Positions 33,831-42,553 of a stretch of 64,000 bases of DNA are shown piece by piece. The stretch comes from Christensenellales bacterium. GTDB lineage: Bacteria > Bacillota > Clostridia > Christensenellales > Aristaeellaceae. Every line of letters starts with the position of its first letter. The stretch's first letter is position 1. The notes beneath the pieces are model-generated. The model was given only the letters and a program-made list of their open reading frames with translations. It searched no databases and was not told the origin of the DNA. The stretch is from NCBI GenBank assembly GCA_045132495.1, contig JBGUSK010000075.1, positions 350-64,349 on the forward strand, read 5' to 3'. The position numbers and the translations under genes were made by a program.

Positions 33831-36191
33831 TTACTTCTTCAGCATGACGCCCTGCTTCTCCAGGTCGGCAATGACGCCGTCCACGACAGCCTGCACTTCC
33901 TCACGGGTGAGGGTGCGCTCAGCATGGGAGAAAAAGATGCGCACGGTGATGGACTTGCCCGCATCGTCGGTGTAAGTACCCACGACGGCCACCTTGTTCA
34001 CCAGGGGGCTGTTGGCAGCCTCGATGGCCTGCTTGATGGGCTCATACTTATCGCAGATGAAGGTCAGATCCTGCTCCATGCCGGGGAAGCGGCTGGGCTC
34101 GACGTACTTGATGCGCTCAGCGCCGATGTTCGCCAGCGCGTCGATGTCGATCTCCGCAAAGACAATGGCGGCCTTCTTGTCGATCTTCTTGCTGACGACG
34201 GGGTGCGCCACGCCGATGGTGCCCAGGGTCACGCCGTCGCAGACGATGGCGTTCAGGTTCTTGGGATGCTCCCAGGAGTGGGCGGCTTCCGCCTTCACCC
34301 AGGTCAGAGGCTTATGCTTGAGGTCGTCCACGGTGACGGCCAGCATGTCGCGCAGCTTGAAGTACAGCGTTTCGACGCTCTCCACCTTGCTGAACAGGGT
34401 GATGCAGAGCTTCTTGTGCTCGCGGGCGAGGTTGTTCTCGTCCACGCCGTCAGCCACACGGCCCACCTCGAACACGCCGAAGGAAGGCGCATAGGCGGTG
34501 TTGCCCTTCACCTGCACCAGCTGAGTGGGCACGATGGAGCGGCGGATGACCTCGATGTTGGGGTTGGCCGCGCCCAGCAGGCGGATGTTGTCCTCCACCT
34601 CGATGCCCAGCTTCTTGTACTCGTCGGAGTACTGCCAGACGTAGGAGTGCACCTCATGCAGCCCGTAACGCTTGACGAGGATGTCCTTCACCTTGTTCTC
34701 GGTGGTCTTTTCCACATGCTCGCGCACGGGGTACAGGGGCGCTTCGGCGGTATGGACGTCGAAGTTGTCGTAGCCGTAGATACGGGTGATCTCCTCGATG
34801 ATGTCGGCCTTGATGGTCACGTCCTTGGTGGCGCGCCAGGAAGGCACGTCCACGCTGAACTTGTCGCCATCCTGACGGACGACGAAGCCCAGGGCGGTCA
34901 GGGTGGACACGATGTGCTCGTCGCTGATCTCGATGCCGGTGTAGCGATCCACGAAGCGCTTGTCGAAGTCCAGGGTGACCTTGGGGTATTCGAAGGCGCG
35001 CTCGTCGGTCAGGCAGGAGGTGACGCGCATGCCGGCATCGGCATCCTGCAGGAGCTTGACGAAGCGGGCAATGGCGGGCACGGTCATCTCAGGATCGAGG
35101 GACTTCTCGTAACGGGCGGACGCATCGGTACGATGGGCCAGACGCACGGTGGACTTACGGACGGAAGCCGCGTCGAAGGTGGCAGACTCCAGGGTGAGGG
35201 AGGTGGTGTCGGCCACGATCTCGGAGTCCAGACCGCCCATGATGCCGGCGATGGCCACGGGCTTGTCACCATTGCAGATCATCAGGGTGTTCTCGTCGAT
35301 GTTGCGCTCCACCTTATCCAGGGTCTGGAAGGTGAAGGGCTCGGCGAAACGCTTGATGCGGATCTTCTCCACCTTGCGGCTGTCGAAGGCGTGCATGGGC
35401 TGGCCCATCTCCAGCATCAGGTAGTTGGTCAGGTCGGCCAGCAGGTTGATGGCGCGCATGCCGCAGTAGAACAGGCGGATGCGCATGTTCATCGGCGCGA
35501 CGTTGCGGGTGATGTTCTCCACCGTCAGGCAGGAATAGCGCTGGCAGAGGGGATCCTCAATCTTCATGTCGATAGCGGGCAGGTTCTTGTACTGCTCCAG
35601 ATCCACCACAGCCATGGGCTTGAGGGGACGCTTGGCCAGGGCGGCGAACTCGCGGGCGATGCCGTAGTGGCCCCACAGGTCGGGACGGTTGGTCAGGGAC
35701 TTGTTGTCCACCTCGAACACGATGTCGTCGATCTGCCACAGGTCCTTCACGTCGGTGCCGACGGCCACATCCTCAATGATGTCCATGATGCCGTCGTTGT
35801 TGTCGCTCAGGCCCAGCTCCTTTTCAGAGCAGCACATGCCGTGGGAAGTGCAGCCGGCCAGCTTGCGGGGGGCGATGGTGATGTCACCGATCTGGGCGCC
35901 CAGCTTGGCGAAGGCGGTCTTCATGCCCACGCGGACGTTCGGCGCGCCGCAGACAACGTCGACGAGGTCGGCTTCGCCGCAGTCCACCTTCAGCAGGTGG
36001 AGCTTCTTGCTTTCGGGGTGATTCTCAACGCTCTTGATCTCCGCGACGACAACGCCGGAGAGATCGGAGCCCTTGAGGAAGATCTCGTTTTCCACCTCGG
36101 CGGTGGACAGGGAGAACTGATGGATCAGCGCCATCAGGTCAATGCCGGACAGATCCACGAATTCCTGGATCCAGTTCATAGAAATATACAT
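33831..36191 (-). CDS. pheT: Phenylalanine--tRNA ligase beta subunit
   Basis: 786 aa with the typical N-terminus MYISMNWIQEFVDL, B3/4 and B5 domains and a C-terminal FDX-ACB-like end. It sits downstream of pheS. Confidence 0.95.
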   Translation of the reverse strand: MYISMNWIQEFVDLSGIDLMALIHQFSLSTAEVENEIFLKGSDLSGVVVAEIKSVENHPESKKLHLLKVDCGEADLVDVVCGAPNVRVGMKTAFAKLGAQIGDITIAPRKLAGCTSHGMCCSEKELGLSDNNDGIMDIIEDVAVGTDVKDLWQIDDIVFEVDNKSLTNRPDLWGHYGIAREFAALAKRPLKPMAVVDLEQYKNLPAIDMKIEDPLCQRYSCLTVENITRNVAPMNMRIRLFYCGMRAINLLADLTNYLMLEMGQPMHAFDSRKVEKIRIKRFAEPFTFQTLDKVERNIDENTLMICNGDKPVAIAGIMGGLDSEIVADTTSLTLESATFDAASVRKSTVRLAHRTDASARYEKSLDPEMTVPAIARFVKLLQDADAGMRVTSCLTDERAFEYPKVTLDFDKRFVDRYTGIEISDEHIVSTLTALGFVVRQDGDKFSVDVPSWRATKDVTIKADIIEEITRIYGYDNFDVHTAEAPLYPVREHVEKTTENKVKDILVKRYGLHEVHSYVWQYSDEYKKLGIEVEDNIRLLGAANPNIEVIRRSIVPTQLVQVKGNTAYAPSFGVFEVGRVADGVDENNLAREHKKLCITLFSKVESVETLYFKLRDMLAVTVDDLKHKPLTWVKAEAAHSWEHPKNLNAIVCDGVTLGTIGVAHPVVSKKIDKKAAIVFAEIDIDALANIGAERIKYVEPSRFPGMEQDLTFICDKYEPIKQAIEAANSPLVNKVAVVGTYTDDAGKSITVRIFFSHAERTLTREEVQAVVDGVIADLEKQGVMLKK

Positions 36192-36214
36192 GAGCTTCGT
36201 TTGCCTCCTAATTT

Positions 36215-36296
36215 ATGCAAAGAGCGGGCCCGAAGGTTTCCAAAGGGCGATCGGAAAGCCCTTTGGTCGCCTCCGCAGAGGCGAAACCCTTTGCAA
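36215..36296. repeat. REP-like element (family 2), inverted core copy plus tail module
   Basis: Contains the reverse complement of the 17-nt core GGGCTTTCCGATCGCCC, and CGCCTCCGCAGAGGCGAAACCCTTTGCAA, which is similar to 23497-23526. Confidence 0.65.
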
Positions 36297-36340
36297 CAAT
36301 CTTTCTTATCTGCATAAGAGGAGCCGCACTGCGGTGCGGG

Positions 36341-36376
36341 CAGGGGGCTTTCCGATCGCCCCCTGCACCCCTTCGG
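36341..36376. repeat. REP-like element (family 2), forward core copy abutting the pheS stop
   Basis: CAGGGGGCTTTCCGATCGCCCCCTGCACCCCTTCGG matches 23459-23494 at 35 of 36 nt. Confidence 0.7.
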
Positions 36377-37429
36377 TTACTCGTCGTCGGTAAACTGAGA
36401 CAGGCGGGTCAAATTGCCGCTGTTCAGGTCACGGATGTCCTTCACGCCGTACTGCATCATGGCCAGACGGGTCAGGCCCAGGCCGAAGGCGAAGCCGGTG
36501 TACTCCTCGGGGTCGATGCCGCCGGCCTTGAGGACTTCGGGGTGGATCATGCCGCAGGGGCACAGCTCCAGCCAGCCGGAGTGCTTGCAGGAGGGGCAGC
36601 CCTCGCCGCCGCAGATCAGGCAGGAGATGTCCAGCTCGAAGCCGGGCTCAACGAAGGGGAAGAAGCCGGGACGCAGGCGCACCTTGATGTCCTTGCGGAA
36701 CACCTCGCTCAGCATGGTCTTCATGAAGTAGATCAGGTTGGAAATGGAGATGTTCTTGTCCACCATCATGCCTTCCATCTGGAAGAAGGTGTTCTCATGG
36801 CAGGCGTCGGTGGCCTCGTTGCGGAAGCAGCGGCCGGGGAACACGGCCTTGATCGGCACGCCGTTATTCACCAGATCATCGCGGTACTTGCGGTAGATGG
36901 CGTTCTGGGCGGCAGAAGTCTGGGTCTTGAGCAGCTGGCCATTGTCCAGGTAGTAGGTGTCCTGCATGTCGCGGGCAGGGTGGAACTTGGGGATGTTCAG
37001 GGACTCGAAGCACTCGTAGTCCGTGACGATCTCAGCATAGTCCTCCAGATGGAAGCCCATCGTGCGGAAGACCTGCTCACACTGACGCTGCACCAGGGTG
37101 ATGGGGTGGTAGGAACCGCGATCCATATTGGCGGGCATGGACACATCGAACTCCGGCAGGGAGTCGATCTCCTTTTGGAGCTCGGCAGCCTTCATTTCTT
37201 CCAGCTTTTCCGCCAGGGCGACGGTGATCTGGTTCTTCAGCTCGTTGGTCTCGGCGCCGATGGTCTTGCGCTCCTCCACGGACATGTTGCCCATGCCCTT
37301 GAGCAGCTCGGTCATCTTGCCCTTCTTGCCCAGGTAGCCCACGCGCAGCGCTTCCAGAGCAGCCATATCGGCCACCTGAGAAAGCTCGGCTTCGAAGCTT
37401 GCCTTCAGGGCAGCGATCTTCTCGTTCAT
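36377..37429 (-). CDS. pheS: Phenylalanine--tRNA ligase alpha subunit
   Basis: Trimmed to ATG 37429 (SD AGGAGG). Class II motifs (FPFVEPG, GMIHPEVL, GFAFGLGLTRLAM). Confidence 0.95.
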   Translation of the reverse strand: MNEKIAALKASFEAELSQVADMAALEALRVGYLGKKGKMTELLKGMGNMSVEERKTIGAETNELKNQITVALAEKLEEMKAAELQKEIDSLPEFDVSMPANMDRGSYHPITLVQRQCEQVFRTMGFHLEDYAEIVTDYECFESLNIPKFHPARDMQDTYYLDNGQLLKTQTSAAQNAIYRKYRDDLVNNGVPIKAVFPGRCFRNEATDACHENTFFQMEGMMVDKNISISNLIYFMKTMLSEVFRKDIKVRLRPGFFPFVEPGFELDISCLICGGEGCPSCKHSGWLELCPCGMIHPEVLKAGGIDPEEYTGFAFGLGLTRLAMMQYGVKDIRDLNSGNLTRLSQFTDDE

Positions 37430-37454
37430 GTATGTTGCCTCCTTGATAGAAATA

Positions 37455-37682
37455 CAAAATAAAAACCGTCTCACATAAATGAGACGGATTATCCGCGGTA
37501 CCACTCAAATTGCCGTGTCGTTCGGCCACTCGATGCCTTAACGCGGCGAACGCCCACAGGGGGAACTCACGGGGTGAAATTCATCCGTCAGCACCCTTAC
37601 GGCTTTTCAGCATGCAGCCGCTCTCTGTGAAGGGAAAGCTGGGGGTTACTGTGTCCCGGTCATCGTTGTTGATATTGAATAC
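37455..37682 (-). promoter_or_regulatory. T-box leader (Phe specifier UUC) with terminator/antiterminator
   Basis: Minus strand shows AGAGAG, a specifier context GAAUUUCACC (UUC at 37578-37576 followed by A), the T-box AAUUUGAGUGGUACCGCGG, then terminator CCGTCTCA..TGAGACGG plus a T-run. Confidence 0.85.
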
Positions 37683-37688
37683 CTGCCT

Positions 37689-37717
37689 ATTTTAGCACGG
37701 TTCAAACGCTTTTGCAA
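37689..37717 (-). promoter_or_regulatory. SigA-type promoter of the T-box/pheST unit
   Basis: Minus strand: TTGCAA, 17-nt spacer, TAAAAT. Confidence 0.55.
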
Positions 37718-37727
37718 CCCCGAATTT

Positions 37728-38231
37728 TTACAGCCGCATATGCTTCATATACTTCATCACGCGATCCGCACACACACCGGTCAGCGCGCCGAAAATGAGG
37801 CCGGAGATCATCAGCACCGGCAGATATCCCAGCAGCCCCGGCGTATTGACAACCAGCATCGCCATGCCGATCTGGCCCACATTGTGCATCACGCCGCCCA
37901 CGATGGAGACCGTCACCGGATGCATGCCCTTGATGCGGGAGATCAGCACCATCGCCGTCAGCGACACGATACCGCCCGCAAAACCCATCGCGAAGGTCAC
38001 GCCCAGGCTGCCAAACAGCACATTGGACAGGAATACCTTAAAGAGCATCAGCACAAAGGCGGTTGGAATATCCAGCATATACACCGCAAAGATCAGCACG
38101 CTGTTGGAAAGCCCCAGCTTCACACCCGGATAGGGAGAGGGAATCTGTTTCTCCACCCATCCGAGAATGAGCATCATCGCCAGCAGCAGCCCGCACAGAG
38201 CCACCCGCTTGGTGTTGAATCGTTTACTCAT
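37728..38231 (-). CDS. Gx transporter family membrane protein (heptaprenyl diphosphate synthase component I-like fold)
   Basis: Trimmed to ATG 38231, which overlaps the upstream stop. 167 aa and 5 TM. Partnered with a NusG-domain-II protein, as is typical. Confidence 0.7.
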   Translation of the reverse strand: MSKRFNTKRVALCGLLLAMMLILGWVEKQIPSPYPGVKLGLSNSVLIFAVYMLDIPTAFVLMLFKVFLSNVLFGSLGVTFAMGFAGGIVSLTAMVLISRIKGMHPVTVSIVGGVMHNVGQIGMAMLVVNTPGLLGYLPVLMISGLIFGALTGVCADRVMKYMKHMRL

Positions 38232-38676
38232 TGCCTTCCTCCCCGGTATAGCCAGCCATGGACAGCAACAGACCTGCCACTTCCTCCTCGGTATAAAGCT
38301 CCAGCACCACTTCATTGGGCATGCAGAGGATCATGTTCTGCAGCACTCGGTCGGCGCGGTTCTGAAGGGACACAACGCCCTGCAGCACGCAGTCCTGATT
38401 GTCACAGGTGGAGGAATGCATGACCACGCTGTCCGGGGTGACCTCGATCACGTTGACCTTATCTCCCCGGGTGATGGTGTAGCGGCCATCCTCCTCCAGC
38501 TTGATGGGCTCGTACATCTCGCCGGCAACGGTGATCACCAGCCATGCCGACGCATCCTCCGGAACGTCTGCCAATTGCTTGCGCTGCATCGCGGCGATCA
38601 CGCCAACCACAGCGATCACCAGCACGATCACGGCGATCACGATCAGGTTCCTTTTATCAAATCGCTTCTGCTCCAT
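38224..38676 (-). CDS. NusG domain II-containing membrane-anchored protein
   Basis: N-terminal TM helix, then a beta-rich domain with STCDNQDCV ... ILCMPNEVVLEL. Confidence 0.65.
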   Translation of the reverse strand: MEQKRFDKRNLIVIAVIVLVIAVVGVIAAMQRKQLADVPEDASAWLVITVAGEMYEPIKLEEDGRYTITRGDKVNVIEVTPDSVVMHSSTCDNQDCVLQGVVSLQNRADRVLQNMILCMPNEVVLELYTEEEVAGLLLSMAGYTGEEGNE

Positions 38677-38708
38677 GCAAAAAGCTCCTTTTTGTCGATA
38701 TCCTCCTC

Positions 38709-38737
38709 ATCATACACGAATCGTCCTGCTTCGTCAA
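38709..38737 (-). promoter_or_regulatory. SigA-type promoter
   Basis: Minus strand: TTGACG, 17-nt spacer, TATGAT. Confidence 0.5.
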
Positions 38738-38775
38738 GGGGACTTCATTCCATTTCTTCCATATAAACAGCGCCG

Positions 38776-39468
38776 TTACACCAACCGCTGCATGCCAAGC
38801 GTGAGCCTTTCCTGCACCCGGCAGAGGAACTCCCGGTTGGTGGGCTTCCCCTTCTCCGGATCAACGCTGGAGCCGAAAAAACGCTCCATCGCCGCAAGGC
38901 TGCCATGTATCCAGGTGGACTCCACGCACAGCCGCAGGCTCCGCTCCACCCCGGCAGCGGTCATGCCGTATTTCCTGGCAATCAGGGGATACAGCCCATG
39001 CTGGAGATCCTTCAGCAGCGGCGGATGCACCACCGTCAGCGCGCACATTTCCGGCAGAAACTGCCATGCCCGCAGCCGTCCCGGCACCGCCAGCGTCCGC
39101 AGGAGCGCGGCAGCGATGTCCATCGTGGCTGGCAGATGTCGCTCCGCCATCACCGGCAGACGCCCCTCCTTCTGCCAGGCATGCAGCAGCACAGGCAGTT
39201 CCGCCACAGCGGGGAGCGCTCCATCCGGTGCACCTGTCCCCAGCACATAGGGCGGCGCAAGGAGCGGATGCTCTGCCAGCGAGCGCAGCAGCCGTTTGCT
39301 TTCTCCTCCCGGCAGGAGAAGCAGCACATCCGCCCATTCCCGCAGGAGAAGAGCGGCCTGTTCCGCGCTGGCAGCCGGCGTGCAGCGCCAGTCCGCCCCC
39401 AGATCCTCCACCGCAAATTGCCACTGCCGCCCGGTATGCTCCGACGGCGCAAGTACGATCACATCCAT
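38776..39468 (-). CDS. Spo0A-like regulator: Spo0A C-terminal DNA-binding domain with a degenerate receiver domain
   Basis: The C-terminal YPLIARKYGMTAAGVERSLRLCVESTW...GKPTNREFL closely resembles the Spo0A_C signature. The N-terminus lacks the DD pocket and the phospho-acceptor Asp (VIVLAPSEH, DVLLLLPGG). Confidence 0.7.
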   Translation of the reverse strand: MDVIVLAPSEHTGRQWQFAVEDLGADWRCTPAASAEQAALLLREWADVLLLLPGGESKRLLRSLAEHPLLAPPYVLGTGAPDGALPAVAELPVLLHAWQKEGRLPVMAERHLPATMDIAAALLRTLAVPGRLRAWQFLPEMCALTVVHPPLLKDLQHGLYPLIARKYGMTAAGVERSLRLCVESTWIHGSLAAMERFFGSSVDPEKGKPTNREFLCRVQERLTLGMQRLV

Positions 39469-39564
39469 GCCGTTCCCTCCCCCGTAAAGGATAGCACGGC
39501 ACCTCCTTGTCCTGCGAAAAAACGACGCAAAAAGACCGGAAGCATCGGCCTCCGGTCTTGTACA

Positions 39565-40083
39565 TCAGGGAATGATGCCCTCTTCGATCAGCAGCTCCAG
39601 CACCCGCGCCTCCCGGAGAAGCATGGTCTGATAGCGGTTGTTCAGGGCGTATTCGTGGTTTGCGCGAATGACGTGGCGTGCGTCCGCAAATTCCGGCGTG
39701 AATCCTGCCTCCGCCTCGTAATCCTCCATTTGCGGGGGCAGGGCTTCCTCCTCCGCCTCGCATATATAGTAGAAATTATCCTGGATGAAGCACTCGTTCG
39801 GATCCTTCCCGCCCCGCTGGATGCGGTGGACATAACCATACTCCCGCACGGTTTCCGGCTTGACGATCAGCCCGGCTTCCTCGCGGGTCTCCCGGATCAT
39901 GGCAGTGACAGGGTCTTCGCCCTCCTCAATGCCGCCGCCAGGAAACTTGTAGTACCCCTGCTTGAGGCTGTGGATCATCGCCACCTTGCCGCCGCGCAGG
40001 ATGATGCTCCTGGCGGAGTTGCGCACGAAGGTGTAGGTGCAATCGGCGTAATCCTGCATGTCCATGGCGAATAGAAGTCTCAT
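39565..40083 (-). CDS. NUDIX hydrolase
   Basis: Nudix box GGGIEEGEDPVTAMIRETREEAGL. The start overlaps the upstream stop (ATGA). Confidence 0.8.
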   Translation of the reverse strand: MRLLFAMDMQDYADCTYTFVRNSARSIILRGGKVAMIHSLKQGYYKFPGGGIEEGEDPVTAMIRETREEAGLIVKPETVREYGYVHRIQRGGKDPNECFIQDNFYYICEAEEEALPPQMEDYEAEAGFTPEFADARHVIRANHEYALNNRYQTMLLREARVLELLIEEGIIP

Positions 40084-40823
40084 GGGGCCTCCTGTTCTGC
40101 AGGGATGATCATATCCAGCATGGCCGCGCGGATAGCCGTCTTGTCCGCTGGGGCGAATTCATGATGCCGGCTCCCCGGCATGCGGTGCAGTATGATCGCC
40201 GGATTTCCTGCCATGCACTTTTCGCTGCGTTGGCTGACCTGCTCGTCATGCGCAGCCATAAACACACGGGTAGGGACGGTCAGGCGGGATACCTTCTGCC
40301 GTGCATCCCTGCTGAGGTCAAAGAGCTCCAGATACCGGGGAATCCACCCGATATATCGCCAGATACGCCAATCCACCTCCGTGCCGTAGCAGGTGTGCAG
40401 CTCCTCCTGACTCGTCAGGCCAAGCACGGCTTTGCCGATGTTCCGCACCCAGGCCGTGGGCCGCGACCAGATGCGCAGCGGTACGCAGAGCAGCAGCAGC
40501 CCGGCAATGCGGGAATCATCCCGGACGGCCTCGCGGATCGCCAGCAGCGTTCCCAGCGAATGGGCAACGATGTACACCCTCTCATGAGTCGCACGCAGCT
40601 CGTCAATCGCGCCGCGGACGTGGGCTTCCCACTCCTTCGCGCCATGCTTGCCGAAATCGCTGACGCTTCCGCCGTGACCAGGAAGGAGGATGCTGTACAC
40701 CGAGATATCTGCCGGAAGGGCAGCTGCGTATTCATCAAAGAACCGGGGCGTGGCGTTGATGCCGTGCACGAAGAGCACCGCATTCTTCGCGCTGGGGATG
40801 ATGCGTTTGTACTCGCTGTGCAC
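40080..40823 (-). CDS. Alpha/beta hydrolase (lysophospholipase/monoacylglycerol-lipase-like)
   Basis: VLFVHGI oxyanion region and VAHSLGT nucleophile elbow. Start set to GTG 40823, 8 nt after AAGGAGG. The track ORF extends to ATG 40859. Confidence 0.75.
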   Translation of the reverse strand: MHSEYKRIIPSAKNAVLFVHGINATPRFFDEYAAALPADISVYSILLPGHGGSVSDFGKHGAKEWEAHVRGAIDELRATHERVYIVAHSLGTLLAIREAVRDDSRIAGLLLLCVPLRIWSRPTAWVRNIGKAVLGLTSQEELHTCYGTEVDWRIWRYIGWIPRYLELFDLSRDARQKVSRLTVPTRVFMAAHDEQVSQRSEKCMAGNPAIILHRMPGSRHHEFAPADKTAIRAAMLDMIIPAEQEAP

Positions 40824-40836
40824 GATTTTCGCCTCC

Positions 40837-41922
40837 TTATATTTCAGCCAAGCGGGCATTTTTGTATTCCGGGTCGTCAGTGACCTCGCAGATCACGTGC
40901 AGCTGGGGCGGGAATTCAACCGGTTCGTTTTCATCGCTCAGCTCGATCTCCACGATGGCCTTGTCCTGCCAGAAGGGGTATACGTCGATCTCGAAATACT
41001 GGATGCCCCAGGTCAGGCAGTAGCGGGTCTTGCGGATTTGGCGGCGGCTGACATCAGCGTCCATCATGGCGATAAGGTACTCGTCCTTGGTGAGACGCTT
41101 CTCGACCTCCACGCGCTTGAGGCCTGTGCCGCGCTTGATGGTCTTGAAGTACAGATAATGCCCGTCACAGCCCCGCTGGCGGATGCGCCTTTCCTCACCG
41201 TTTTTCGCGGTGAGGTAGGTTTGGAGCAGGTCGATCTTCGAGCAGTTGGGCAGGCTCTCCAGCCAGGCGATATCCGGATATTCGATGAGGAACTTGCGCT
41301 CGATCTCCAGGGGCTCCGGCCCGCCGAGGAAGGAGGATATCTCCTTGATCAGCCGCTTCATCTTGTCCTCAAAATTGGTTTCGTTGTCGATCACGCGGAA
41401 ATGGGGATGCCCCGTCCATGCGGCGATAATCTTATCATCCAGCGCCACAGCCTGCTCCACCGTTTCGATGCGGGCAGAATTATTCGCCGTTGTGTAGAAC
41501 TGCTCCGCGCCCTTGGCGGCAGTCACCAGGTGGAACACCGCATCATACTGATCCCGCATTTCGACCTCACCCTCGCCGATGCGGTCCAGCACCCAGGCCG
41601 TTTCCTCCTCGTTCATGTAGGCCCGGTTGTCCAGCATACCCCGGTCACAGACGATGAGGATGCGATCCTTGGGCATGGTGCGTGCAGCCTGCTCAAAGAG
41701 GCGTTCCTTCTCCCTTTGGAGAGTCATCTGCACCACCTGATACTCCGCATTGGTGCCGCAGGTCCAGGGGGCGACGCCGCCGGAAATGAACTCCGTGGCG
41801 GTTTCCGGCACGAAGAGCACCGTCCAGCCCTTCTCGCTGAAGTGATTTTGAATCCAGCTCATGGCGGTGGATTTGCCCGCGCAGGGCCCGCCGGTGATCA
41901 CGATCTTGACAAGCTGCTGCAT
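40837..41922 (-). CDS. Fusion of an AAA_28/NadR-kinase-like P-loop domain and a CYTH (triphosphate tunnel) domain
   Basis: Walker A ITGGPCAGKST at the N-terminus. C-terminal half carries EIERKFL (ExExK) and AIVEIEL, typical of CYTH. Confidence 0.75.
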   Translation of the reverse strand: MQQLVKIVITGGPCAGKSTAMSWIQNHFSEKGWTVLFVPETATEFISGGVAPWTCGTNAEYQVVQMTLQREKERLFEQAARTMPKDRILIVCDRGMLDNRAYMNEEETAWVLDRIGEGEVEMRDQYDAVFHLVTAAKGAEQFYTTANNSARIETVEQAVALDDKIIAAWTGHPHFRVIDNETNFEDKMKRLIKEISSFLGGPEPLEIERKFLIEYPDIAWLESLPNCSKIDLLQTYLTAKNGEERRIRQRGCDGHYLYFKTIKRGTGLKRVEVEKRLTKDEYLIAMMDADVSRRQIRKTRYCLTWGIQYFEIDVYPFWQDKAIVEIELSDENEPVEFPPQLHVICEVTDDPEYKNARLAEI

Positions 41923-42007
41923 GTGTGTGCCCTCCCTTGGTATATGTACCTATATTATATCGAAGGCTGCGCAGGATTGCAAGTGGCGGCATGGATCGCC
42001 AACTGTT

Positions 42008-42036
42008 TTGACAGACCTCGACAATCATGCTATACT
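42008..42036 (+). promoter_or_regulatory. Near-consensus SigA promoter
   Basis: TTGACA, 17-nt spacer, TATACT. Confidence 0.6.
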
Positions 42037-42067
42037 GAAGCAGATTCCGGCGCAGGAGGTACCCGTT

Positions 42068-42553
42068 ATGCATGATCTCGCCAGTTCCGCCATTGCCCTG
42101 CTGAAAGCAAAGGGCCTGACCGTCGCAACCTGCGAAAGCCTGACCGGCGGCATGATCTGCTCCACGTTGGTGGACGTGCCCGGTGCGTCCCAGGTGGTGC
42201 GCGGCGGATTCATCACCTACCAGACCGACACGAAGAGCCTGCTGGCGGACGTTTCAGCAGCACTGATTGCCGACAGGGGTGTGGTCAGCGCGGAGGTCGC
42301 AATGGCCATGGCAGAGGGCGTCCGCAGCAAATTGGCGGCGGATATCGCCGTGAGCGCAACCGGTATGGCCAGTCCGGGAGAAAGCTGGGAGCCTCCTGCA
42401 GGGACGGTGTTTGTAGGTGTGGCGTCTGCCCACGGAACGCGGGCTATCCCTCTGAAGTTGTCCGGCAGTCGGGCAGAAGTCCGGCAGCAGACCGTGAAAG
42501 CCGCCCTCGGGGCGATCCTGACAGAAGCAAAGGAGCACACGCATGAACTATAA
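42068..42553 (+). CDS. CinA C-terminal domain protein (PncC-type nicotinamide-nucleotide amidohydrolase)
   Basis: Trimmed to ATG 42068 (SD AGGAGG). TCESLTGGM motif. 161 aa. Confidence 0.8.
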   Translation: MHDLASSAIALLKAKGLTVATCESLTGGMICSTLVDVPGASQVVRGGFITYQTDTKSLLADVSAALIADRGVVSAEVAMAMAEGVRSKLAADIAVSATGMASPGESWEPPAGTVFVGVASAHGTRAIPLKLSGSRAEVRQQTVKAALGAILTEAKEHTHEL

